Below, piece after piece: positions 47,617 to 60,324 of a stretch of DNA of 64,000 nt. Position numbers and translations under genes: made by a program. This DNA is from Lingula anatina (taxonomy: Eukaryota > Animalia > Brachiopoda): assembly GCA_051362555.1 (NCBI GenBank), contig CM120640.1, positions 33,375,967-33,439,966 on the forward strand. Direction: 5' to 3'. Below the pieces are notes generated by a model that saw only the letters and a list, made by a program, of their open reading frames with translations, was not told where the DNA came from and made no database searches. Numbering within the stretch: the stretch's first letter is position 1; each line of letters starts with the position of its first letter.

Positions 47617-49122
47617 AATGCAGCAGAGGGTATGTAAAACTCGCCCCAGGCAGTAAAATTTCACTCTGATATGAAAAATAACACATCAAATTAAAGGTAA
47701 ATGAACAAATTTATTTCTAAAATTTATTTCAAAATTTTCAAATGGTCCAAAATTGAAAAATAAACTCATTTTTCTCTTATATGCAAATCTTCTTGATTCA
47801 AACTTGCTAAACAAGGAAGGTCGGAAGTGCCGTATAACCTTTAGATATCAATGTAACCGGTCAATAAGCTGACAACAATTTCCCAATTCTTGTATCACAT
47901 GGGTCACTTTTGCAGATAATACAAATTCCCCTGCGCCAGTTCTGGCACGTGTCATTCCTCAGTCATTCTTGTACAGTGTATGTATTTTGGTATAATCTGT
48001 TACTTTATATTCAGCTGCACCCATTTGATTTTTTAAAAAACCTACGAAAATCAGTTTTTGTAACTGAAACTTATTAACATAAAACATTGAAAATGTGTGT
48101 ATCGACAAGGGAGATGAAGCATTTTTTAAAAATGTGCTTGCTTTCAAGGTCAAAATCATCAGAAGTCACACAAACACTACCATAATTCACTCTTCAATAG
48201 CTAGTACATGAAGGGGGGGGGGGAGTTGTATATTGGATGTTTTTTTAGAGGACAGCAAATTATCCAAAAAAAGAATCCACGAAGATGTTCTAAAACATGT
48301 TTATTAATCTTCATCAGTACTTTTCTAAAATGAAGACCTCTGCACATGCATTGAAAACATAATCAGAGTTTCTGCAAGACAGTTTTTTTAAATACTCGTG
48401 TTTCAGTTAAAAAGAATATTTTGGCAAAGAACTTTCACCATTTTCTAAAAATATCCATCTAGCTTTCCCTTGTACTTGACATAATTCTTACAATCCTTCT
48501 TTCAAATGGGAATGAAAAAAAAGCTGCTTTAATACTGTGATCATACTCCGTCGGTAAAACTTCTGAAACCAAATACCTGAGTGTAACGAACTGTGCATGC
48601 TGCCACATTTATCATGAAAGTCAGATATTCCACTACAAATAATAATGTGTATTCAATGTCTTTTTTTATTTTCATTCATTAATAATAGCTTCAAACATAT
48701 TTTGTTTCTGCAATCACAAGTTACAGTAGGCTATATGAAGTTGACTATTTATATTTTCTTGGTGAGTAAAAAAAAAAAAAAAACTTGATATTATGCACAG
48801 CTGTCCAAACATGTCCAAATCAGTTGTGCAATATCTAAGCCTGTACTTGGTATAAACTTAAGACCATGACAAGCCTCACTAAAGTAAATGCAGCAACGCC
48901 AAATGAATTCCAAGAAAAGTGTAATCAGTTCACCCTAACTGATCTTATTCTGGTTGAAGTACAATGCATGTCAGCAGCTCATGTCCATATTTGCATATTT
49001 GTAAATCTCTCCACGTATCCTTCAACAAACCGTCTAACAATCCATACCAACAACTTTTTTAAAATGTTTTTTTTAAATGAAGAGTTTAATATGGCAGTGA
49101 TGTTGAGAAGAATTCCTCACTG

Positions 49123-52100
49123 TTATTTCACTTTTTGCCAAGGTTTTTTATCGACCCCTCTATGTTCTGGGAGGTGTTTAAAATGACACTTGTTTCCATA
49201 GTGACAACCAGTTGTACGCCAGAAGTAACACTCATCTCCATTCACTGGACCAGTTGTTTTAAGCTGCTCAAGGGTAGGTCTGAAAAATGAACAAAAAGAT
49301 ATTGTGAATCTATGGAAAATATGAAAGAATTATCTATCTTTTAGTTTTCAGTTATCTTTCACTTACTGATGCCTTAAAAATACATGTGAAAACAAAGGCA
49401 CTGCTGAAGTTTTGTCTACAAATGGCCTGAATGTAAAAATCTCTACAAAATCATCTTCAGTGACTGAAAATCAGATACTTAAAATAGTCTTTTGCTTATG
49501 TTTTGAGACATAGCCATCTTTTTAATCCTTACTTTGATATTCCTCCTCCTCCTCCTGATGCATTTTTCTTGAGCAGTATGTTTGTATTGGTGATGGGATT
49601 ATCAGGAAACTTAATCAGAAGTCTTTGACCAGCACATTCAAAGCCCTTAATAAAGAATAAAAGGATATTTCATTTTATTTTGAACAAACAATATTATTAA
49701 GATTGATCACTTTCAAAACTTGGTTTATTCTTACTCTCACATAAGAATGAACAGGAAAACATATATTTCCCTTATTCCAAATTCCACTTTTCTTTAAAGA
49801 AATCGTGCACTAAACTCTTTGTAATGAAAATTAGACAAACATCAATTTTTTTCATATTCATAAACCAAGTTCAGAAATTTGTTGTCAGGTTCTTTAAAAC
49901 AAGAATTTCAATTTTTAAACCTAAAGCCATACTGATTAGTATCACCTTCATATTGGTTAGACCTTATGAAAAATTATGTACAAATATATATTAAGAAGAT
50001 GGGCCAAAGATGAAATATATATGTAAAATGCAAGTAAAAAAACATTTAACATCTATTCAATAATTTCCAAATTAGTCTTAAAATTACACAAAAAGTATCA
50101 TATCATGTAAATCAATTAAAAGAACATTAATCAGTCTTGCAGCATTTGCTGGCTGACCTGAAGGCCGTGCATTGCTTTGCCTGCAGACTCTTTATTTTTG
50201 AAGTTCACAAAAGCACAATATTTTTCAGGCAAGAGACGGACACTGGCAACAGAACCATACCTGAAATTCAAAATGTAACTTAAAATTAGCCATTAAAATA
50301 TAAGCATTCCATATCATAGTCCCGTCCAATACTTTTTCCTCCTAAGGTGGTTTGTATAATGACACAGTGACAATGAAAGAGGCAGACACAAGGTAAAAGC
50401 AAGGTTTTTTAAAGCTGCACACAAGCTAGTAAAAAGACATGAGATAATTCCCACTGGGACTCTCATCAGCGGAAGCACAAAGAGAGCGCATATAAAGACA
50501 AGCAGTAAAGCTGTCAATTTTTTCAGCTTTGTAGAAATTGATGCAAGGAGAGGCAATAAAAGGTAATGATGAAGCTTTCATTTCACTGTGTCATGGCACA
50601 AACCCCTTCCAGGTAATTTTTTTTCTGACCTGCATCCCATTCATTGCCTTGCTGGCCATCACAGGGGTTTTAAAGTTGATAAAGGCGCAGTACTTTCCAG
50701 GCAACATTCGCATATTTGTAATGGTACCAAATCTGAAAGCATTGGGGGAAACAACAGGGTGACGTTTTATTTATAATCATTGCTGAATCAAACTGACAAC
50801 AGATTTATCTGATTTGCTGTAATTGTTATACTCTTAATCACGGGGTTTTAGCAACCCTACCATAGTACTTGATTGTTTCTATTCTGCCTGAGAGATCATA
50901 CTCACTTAGAAAACAGCTGGGTTAGCTTCTTTTCAGTGACTTCTGGCAGTACATTTCCTACCCAAAGTGCTGTTAGACCTTCTGGGTTGCAGGGACTGAA
51001 ATTCATACAAATAGTCATATTTATTCAATCATTTATTTATTTACTACTACAACATTTCATGTTTCATGATCTCTGCAACTAAAAACAAATAACAGATAAT
51101 ACACACTACTCTACAATTGCTTTCAAATACATATCAAATCTAAATTAAGTGTTCAGTTTCTTCTCAACACTTACTCCATTTTCACATCAGATCCTATTTG
51201 TGGTTGTATATTATTTTTGAGTATGACGGGTGGCACCCTAGCAGGAGCTGGCTGGACATGGATGTTGTAATCATCTTCATCAGAAACATACACTTCTCCT
51301 TCTAATGTGGTTTCAGGGACTGAAAATAACATTTTAACAATGGACTTATATTCAATACGAGAGGAGTTGTTCCACTGTTTGAAATTTTACAATCAAGCAG
51401 ACCACTATAACAGGCCTAACAAGATCCTTCAATCCTTTGTGAATAGGAGAACTACACATAATTTATTTTTTTCAAAATCTTTCATAACATTAAATTCCAT
51501 GATAGCTTTTATTTTCATATGGATATATTATTTTGTTTTGCAACACAAGTAAACTTACCTGCTGCTTTTCCGACTCCTGCTAACAAGGAATCCAATGCTG
51601 CTTGGACTGTGCCATGCTGCCTGATGGCGTTCTCAGCCTGTTGGCGCGAAAACCCCATTTCCTATTCAAAACACATCAAATCATCTTTCATAAGCAATAT
51701 TCTGTTGCTGTAAGACATTTTTTACATGTTCAATAGTCTTAAATGGAACAATCAAGGCAATTTAGAATAGCATTGTCACAGCAATGAAGGAAAATCTTAC
51801 CGTCAGCTGGTATGTCCGAACTCGTAACAGTTCTTGCATGGCATCTTCACAATGCCTGTCTAGTTTTAAAACTTGCATAAAAGCCTGTTCTGCATCAGCA
51901 TAAAGCTAAGGGAATAAGAAATTTACTTTGTTTCATTTTATACCATAAGTTTATCATTTTATACTATACAACTTTTAAATGTTTACTCTTCTCCAGACCT
52001 TAATACACTCGAAATGGTACAAGTAACAACTGGCATAATTTCAGAAAAATAAATTTACTTAGATTTATACAGTGGTAGGTATGCAGATGGAGTAAATATT

Positions 52101-55100
52101 TCCAAAATAAATTCACTTACTTTTAGACCAGCTAAAGCTCTCCCTTTTCTAAAGAATCCTTTTGCCCAATCTATGGCTAAATGTATTGCTTTATCTGCAT
52201 CTCTTAAAGCTCTGGATAATAAATTAAACACAAAAACTTGATTCATAATCAGTGATAATAATCTGGATAATCAATAATGACATGTTACACTTCATTCATC
52301 TGCCATTTGTGCAAGAAAAAAAAATCACATAAGTTGATATCCAAGCGAAAGATATAATTAGAAAATAAATATATATATATAATTCTTTTTTATTCTCAAA
52401 GAAAAACATTAAGTAATTTTCATCAAGATATTAACTTACTTTTCATATTGTTGTAGCCTATCAAAACAGTAAGATCTGTTGCCAAAAAACCTGTAAAACA
52501 ATACAAATAAAATATAATATTTTCTTATTTCAATGTTTTGTAATATTTACTAAAAAGCATCTTGCTTTTAAAATATATCAAATTGATAAAAATTTATCCT
52601 TATTATGAGAAAACTAATAAAACTTTGTTCATCTTGAGAAGAGAAGACTATGAAAAGACTAATAAAACTTTGTTCATCTTGATTTTCCACAGCAAGTAAA
52701 TAAATTTATACATATTGAGACAGTAATTTGAGAGAATGAAAAATGTTGAAGTTAATGTTTATAACCTAAGGAGATTCTTTAATTCCTTCCCTTCTGCCAA
52801 TTTACCTTCTTATATAAGCAATGACAACAGCTATAGGCACCTCAACATGAAAATATGCATCAGATACATTTTCACCTCTGTAGAAATGTCAGAGACACTT
52901 ACCTAAAATCTCTGGAATCTAATTTTATGGCCTCAGTGAAAAGATCTATGGCAGCATTGTAGTGACCCAAGTTAGCCATTTCATTTCCCCTGACTGAAAA
53001 CAAACAATAGAGTTTAAGGCATTGTTTCATAATTCACAGTGACATATTGTAAACTGAATATCTTTTAATTTACAGATTTCTGTCCATAACTTTGATTTAC
53101 TTAGGCTTCAATGACACAAATCTTGTGTCAACAGCGTTGCTTACCAAACCTATCACTGCATTGTACAACAGCATACAATAAAGTTGACTTGTATAACACA
53201 TTAGTAACAATACAATCAAATATGAAAACTTACTAGCAAGCTGCCGACTACGTAAAACGATAGGGTCCAGCTCTTCTGCCTGCAAAATTAATCATAACTG
53301 TAAACATGGCAGGTATATGTATTTTTTGCATTCTGACTTACATATGTAACATAAATCTATGGGAATGTAACTCTGCCATGTTACAGGGGAAGGCTTTGAA
53401 CAAACTGTAATCAAACAGTTTGACAGGGATTAAGTCAAAGAATTAATATCCATGTCTGAAAATGTTCCAAAGTCATTTTTTATGTCTACATATCCTGAAA
53501 AGCTACTTATCTTCCCCAATTCATAACTTAAAGTGATAAAATCCCTCAATTAAAACTCCCAGGGTCAATATTTCTCTTTGAGTACAGGACCACATAGTGG
53601 AATAAATGACTGGCCAGTCATTGATTTAAATTTTCATTATTTTCAATTAAAATTTGAAAATTCATAAAATACCAAATTCATGTGCACGGACAGGTAGAGC
53701 ACTGATTTAGAAGAGTGAAAATTGCTTTTCCACAAAGAAAAATCGAATTTGCAGGAAAATTTTGGTTAGGATACTTTCCGATTTAAGCAATAAAAGTATA
53801 AGGAAACTAAAGGGATCTCAAACATTTAACTCACCTCTTCATCTTCTTGATTCTTCCTATATTCTGGATTTTTTGGATCTTTCTTTGTTTCCTTCTTTGA
53901 TTGTGTTGTAAAATTATCAATGCCTCCCTTCTTTTTCTTACTGACAACTTTTGTGAAAAATGCTGAACTAGGGTCAAATTCCTAGTGAAATGTAATTATA
54001 AGAATTTAGGTCATTCACTTATAACTTTGTTACAAAACTACTGTGCATCCATTCATCAACTTTGTTAAAACCCACACATAAATGCTGGCATTTCTTAATA
54101 AAGAACCACCCAATTAAGTCTTTTGCAATTTATTTGTTCAGCTCCCAACAAATTGCAACTTTAAAACAACACATTCAATGACTAAACAAAATTTCATTTA
54201 GATAAACATTCAACCTAAATTCTGCTAACAGAGAAGTCCTCAGAGAGTGAAAAAATACCTCTTCAGAATCTGAGTCCTGTTTATCTATTTTTCTGCCATT
54301 AGGCTTTTGTTTTTCTTGTTTTTCATCCTGATGGCTCTCATCTGATTTCTGTTTGGAAGACTTTTTCTTGGCTTCTTCTTCTTCCTTTAAACAAATGAAA
54401 TCTTGTGAAAAACCCACATAATAATGACCATATAAAGACATGCCTGATTTCATTCAACAGACGTGATGTCTGCAGACAAAACTCTGATTCACTTAACTAC
54501 CTTTTTAAAATTTGTTTAGCTACAGCAAGTTAAGCAAAGATCTGAATAAAATAAAAACTTATAAAGGACTTCAAATGTCAATATTACTCCAGCACTGCAC
54601 TTAAATAATCATGATAACTCTCTCTCTATATATATATATGTATTTATGAACTTTTCATTTACCTTTTCCTGCTGTTCTTGGACCTGTTTTTCTATTCTTT
54701 TCCGCTCTCTTTGCCTCTGTTCAACATAAAAGGAATGGATTACTTCTATTCTCAGTATATCAAAATATTAACTCTTATAATTTTATTCAGCGCATCTAGA
54801 AATCCTCAATATAAGCCAATCCATAATTACATTAACATTAAATGATGGAAGTGAGTGGTTAAGAGTTTTGCAATACCTTTTTCTTTGCTCTCCTTTTCTC
54901 TGCTTTCCTCTTTTCTTTTTCTTCTTCTGTTATCAGTTCTTCTGCATTCTTTTCTGCTTCCTGATACACAAATAAATAAACTGATACCAAAAGAGATGAT
55001 ATCCAATATACCAAAGAAAATCTCTACCTCTTTCTACTATTCTAGGTGTAATTTGGTTTACTTATGTTAAAGTCACAGATAAAAGTTAACCTTGTCAGTT

Positions 55101-58100
55101 CTACGTGAAGGGTCTTGGGGGCAGAAATACAACACCCAAATAGGCAAATAAATCCAAAAAACTTTCATGTTATAAAAACTGAGACTCCAAGCAATTATCA
55201 TCTTAATATATATATATATTTAATTTTGGTGAATGTTCAAGACTACTGAACTTTTCAATGTCTGTATTTTTGCAACTTTTTGTAACAGGGTTTACTTGCC
55301 AGCAGACAAAACGTACCTCTGGTGAAACTTTTTTCCATGTCTGTCCTGTATCTGTAATAGAAGAAAGTATGGGTTCTGAAGGATTGAATTCTATACTTCA
55401 AAAACTTTTTCTGTAGCTGTTTGTCATCTTAAATATTTTAACTTGTTACTGGCAAGTAAGGTCTCACTAAGTTCTCCTTCGAAAACCAATCCCCATATTT
55501 CCTAAGGTAGACCAAGCCCCAGTTTCACAAAAAACTAGTCAGTTTCCTGGCTTAATTGACTGGGATTTGATTTCATTGAGTGCATTTGTCCATAAAATTA
55601 TTACATCTCATCTAACCATCATAATAAAAGAAAAAGACCCATTAGGACCTCTCATAACAGCAACAAAATAAATAAACAATAAATATATTAATAATAAATA
55701 ATAATATTAAGTAATAATAAATTAATTATTCAAACGAGGATAAAATCCACTAACCTATCTTTTGTTTTCTTAAATCGTGTTTTGTTTTTACTTTATCTGC
55801 AAACAAGCTCAAATAATCAACATCATCTTCTAAATCACTTTCATCATCATAATCATACTCATCATCACTGGTATTGTATCCATTATAACCTGAAAATAAT
55901 AAAGGGATTCAAGTCATTAAATCTTAAAATGGCATGGAGACAGGGGAATTTGGAAGAGAGGTTGTGTTGTTGTTGTTTTTTCTTTCTTTTTTTTTTTTGC
56001 AACAGCTTATATTCATGCACCAGATATCATGTAACAGTTCTACAATATCTTCCAAAACAAACACGAGAAATCATAAGAGTATAAAGGTTACACTTACTGG
56101 TAGTTCTCGCAAAGAATATTTTTTGAAACAGCTCAAACATGTCAGGCTGCAAGAGAAATGAAAAACAGATTTATTCTAGCATTCAACTGACCTGAAAATT
56201 TCAAGAGTGGATCTTAAATCCTATGTTCAGGCTTCCCTTTACTTTCATATATCATAATCACAAAATAATAAATTCAAAAACAAGAATCACTTTTCTTCAA
56301 AGCAATCTCACTCTGTGCAATACAGTAAAAGATATATCTATCTATGCCCACAATAGTTCTTAAAAATCTTACGTGGTCAAATCTGACATTGTTGACAATT
56401 TTTTTAATAAAAAAAACGGAGATCACTTTTTTTCTTCAAAGCAATCTCACTCTGTGCAATACAGTAAAAGATATATCCATCTATGCCACAATAGTTCTGA
56501 AAAAACTTACACATTCAAATCCAACAATTTTTATTAAAAAACAGAGATATATGTACTAGGCACCATGTTTGCAACAAGTCTTATTCATGTAACACCACTT
56601 AAGCTTTTTACAATTTTTTTGTGACAGTTGTAAACAAATTGACTATTACTTAAAATAATGGTCATGTAGTACTTACCAACGAAAGATCAAAGTCTGTTTT
56701 ATCAGAGCTGTTTGGTACTGTTAATCTCTTAAATGCAGCACTAATGGCATTAAATTTCTGTAGGTAAAAAGAAATGTTTGCCATGTTATTGACTGGTAAC
56801 AAAGAGCAATCTCAGGCAGTAATTGCTTTAAACTAGCCTCTTTCCCATAATAATGCAGAATTGAAAAAAAAATCAAATTAGGCTACAAAATACCTCCATT
56901 TATGTCAGATCCATTCCATTAATCTTAAAAACTTCAACAACTCAATGAAACCACTTAATCTTTTAAAAGGAAACAAAGTCAAGTGAAATAATGCTTTAAT
57001 TTACAATCCATTTCTTATTCAAGATATTTAAAACTACTAGTAAGAGTTATATGGCAGTGCTTAAAACACTAAAAGTTAATTTACTAATAGGTATGTTACA
57101 AATGAGTTTTTATTTTAAACATACTTTGCATAAATATGAGCACCATTTTCAAAAAAATTTACAATTAAACAATATTTTGATGTCTTCACCATCTAAAAAC
57201 CAATTTGATTGCACTCTCTTACTTGGACTGATTTGTCGGAATTTTGATGTTTATCCGGGTGCCACTTCAGAGCAAGCCTTTTGTAACTGGTTAGCACAGA
57301 ATCTTCATCTGCACCTAAGTATATCAAGACAAGAACAAATAATACAATTGAATGGAAAATGGTTCAGATAAGTTCATTAGTTTTTATACAGTTCAAAACA
57401 CAACCTATCATTTCAATTTATGTGAATTTGAGATCAGATAAAATAGAATATTGACTGATGAGATCAGTCAGGTTTATGACAAATTAGATAAAAGGAAGAT
57501 TATCAATCAAGACAGACAACAGATGACAACAATTTTGCAAGTTTTGACTTAATCTTGGAGGACACATATTTTGACAAGTAGTAACTTACGATAAAACAAT
57601 AGCAGACTTCCACTTTACGTCAATATGATGTTTTATAGACCTCGCAAAAGTGGTACTACCTCAGCTACATCTCTGTCAATATTGCTTTACTATGGTCTTC
57701 TAAACATTATTACCAACTTCAGCGAATGTCTATAATACTATATGACATATCACCAACACACATTAGAATTAGTAATAGCAGAACAGACCCTGAAGAGCCA
57801 ATGGTTTATTTTCCATATTATTTTCCATAAAACTACTAAAAAAAAAATTGGTTGTGGTAATGATGTTTATTCCTTTTTTTCATTAGTTTTAATATACCAA
57901 TCACAAAAATAACAGAAAACAGCCAAATTTGAAGTCAAACACAATGCATGTAGGGTTTGAGGCTGGCACCACTTCATACAACCCATAACTAACCTCAGTA
58001 ATCAAACCTAATATTATCATAAAGTTACTTACTAAATACATATACGCTTACACAGTTATTGATATTAAGATATTCATTTCAACTACTTTGTTTTTTTACA

Positions 58101-58632
58101 CACTTAAATTTAACTTTTTACATAAAACATTAAAACAGCCAAAAATGTCCTGCTTCCATTTTACATTTAAAAACAAAAATATATGGACTGGTAGTAGTAA
58201 TTAATAGCATTTAAACAGGTTATTTTTTTCATATAGAATGGAAAAGCTATATATTAAACCCAGAAAACGAAAATCACTGCAACCCCCATCTCCCTTAAAA
58301 CCTAACCAAAAAAATACAGAAAATCCATGTATAACTCTGTCTCTACCAAGTGATAACAGTAATTTATCCTTTGGCCAAAATCATGGAGACTCAAATATCA
58401 GCGTGAATTTACAATGAGATTCCATAAAATATTTAGTTCGGTAACAGGCATCTCATTGTCAACCAGCAAACAACGATAAATAGTTTACTGAATGATAGTA
58501 GTACAAACTACAAACCTAAGTGTTTTGAACTCTCGCCAAATAATTTTGATAAGTTTTTGAAAATATCTGTCCGATATACTTACCCACGGGTAACTCAAGA
58601 ATTTCAAAAGCTGTTGCTTTTGTGAGCCTCAT
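49123..58632 (-). CDS. TTC31: TTC31-like protein with N-terminal J-domain, acidic and coiled-coil region, 3 TPRs, UBA-like domain, RRM and CCCH zinc finger
   Basis: Spliced peptides: AFEILELPVGADEDSVLTSYKRLALKWHPDK...KFNAISAAFKRL; EAEKNAEELITEEEKEKRKAEKRRAKKKRQRERK (TTC31-like); RGNEMANLGHYNAAIDLFTEAIKLDSRDFRFFGNRS; QLTEMGFSRQQAENAI; LWVGNV...KYCAFVNF; ECYFWRTTGCHYGNKCHFKH. Stop at 49123. The gene symbol rests on recalled similarity. Confidence 0.82.
56285..56510. repeat. ~137-bp tandem duplication in a TTC31-like intron
   Basis: atcacttttcttcaaagcaatctcactctgtgcaatacagtaaaagatatatc at ~56286 and ~56422. Confidence 0.85.
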
Positions 58633-58689
58633 GATTAGATATTCAACCGTAAATCCACAAAAATAACAGTAGTTTACTCAATTTGTACT

Positions 58690-58790
58690 GCCAATGTGCA
58701 GTCCGCCATATTTGATTTCATCTCGAATGAGGTCACGTGACAAGAAGAACAGGCGGCAACAGTCAAACACGCGTGAAATTTCGATAATTC
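58690..58790. promoter_or_regulatory. TTC31-like proximal promoter, possibly bidirectional
   Basis: YY1-like ccgccat (~58703), palindromic E-box gtcacgtgac (58732-58741) and local CpG enrichment. Confidence 0.5.
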
Positions 58791-59046
58791 TCTTGTTGTG
58801 TAGTTTTTGTGCAGGTGCTTCTCAAAGTCGTTTTCTATTTCTGTTTTTAATCTCAAGTGTTTTTATCAGGTTTAAAAAGAAAATCAGGTGCCTTTTTTAA
58901 TATAATTTTTTTAATTTGTGCTGCATTTTAAGATACATATGATACTTACAAATGAATATAGAGAAGACCACATACAACTTCACAAGTTAGCAGACGACAC
59001 GACACACTTAGGGCTGATTAACCATTCCTTCTGTGTTCCTTAAAGG

Positions 59047-60324
59047 ATGAATATTCAACAATATAAAAGGCAAGAAAAGGGATACCTTATGTCAGGAATG
59101 TAAGCAACATAGGTTACCGTTATATTCCATATAAATTGTAAATTATGACAATCATTTATAATAAAGTTATAACTTTTCAACTCATGTCAAGATTTAGCAC
59201 GAAAACTCTTGCGTGACCTGTTGACGATTCTGATATGTACTGGCCGCTGTGCATGAATTTTCGTGCTAGTCAGGATTTAGATTTATGATTTTAAAAACAA
59301 GTTTTATCAAATCGCGAAGCATACGTTTAAAATTTACATTTTAATCCCCTTCACAGGTAACAAAGATAATTGTAGGATTTATTATAATTACTATGAAATC
59401 AGAATTATAATGCTTATTATATTATACTGATTACTTTATTCACTTCAGGTGGTCAAATATGGTAAATGTAAATTCTAGGAAGAATTGCATCCCAATATTC
59501 AAACTGAAGACACAACAACGAAAGAGAGAATATATGAAATTGGCTCTTCTTGTAGACCTTAAAAATTGTGATAAAAGGCTGGGAAATAATAAAGATGAGA
59601 AAGGTGTTGACTATTTTAATATTGTAAAATGAAATATAAATAATTACTTTCAAGATCCATGATATATTTAATTTGCATTATATTCATATACTATTAGTGT
59701 ATAGCAATTATGTCATTTAAACCATGTGGATCATTCTGATTGGCATAGAAGGAACAGTCTTTTTTAAGTTAAAAAAATGAAATTTGCCTGTATATGTATA
59801 ATATATGTGAAGTAATTTTGGCTTTTTTTTTTTTTTACATTTTCAGCCTTGCTCTTTCCTGATGACATTAATACAAGCTTTAACCAAGGCTTATTGTCAG
59901 TGAATACCACCTTCAAATGGAAAAAAGGCAAGTTGCCAAAGTCCTTAAAAACTGGACAGACCAACCTAGACTATTTAAATATTTTCAAATAATAATATTC
60001 TTTGTTTATTTAAAGGTAAGCAGATATTCTTATTACATACAAAATTTGTGATAACGTCACTGTCAGATTTCCCATTATTTCAAAAGAAAGGACATTTGAT
60101 CAGTGTTTCCTAATTGTAAATAAAATATTTTTTATTATCTTTTTATTTATTGATTTGTAATTACAGAGCAGATAATTGAAGAAGTTGCAAGTAGAAATCA
60201 AATGCTAACAGAAAATGAAAGGGCGCCTTGCAACAAAATAATCAGCAGTCTGGAAGAGGATGCTGAGCTTGCAGATGTGGCCATGCTCATTTCACAGCAA
60301 ATTCGTGAAAATAAAGGGCAATGA
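59047..60324 (+). CDS. Possible small spliced ORF (~70 aa) divergent from the TTC31-like gene
   Basis: Candidate exons 59047-59099, 59449-59461 and 60172-60324 (IIEEVASRNQMLTENERAPCNKIISSLEEDAELADVAMLISQQIRENKGQ*). The model needs the second of two adjacent AG acceptors; no homology recognised. Confidence 0.25.

Noticed and set aside
50561-50640. atgatga... as a C/D snoRNA or SECIS element
   Set aside because: It is antisense to the host gene, has no convincing terminal stem, and no UGA-recoded ORF is nearby.
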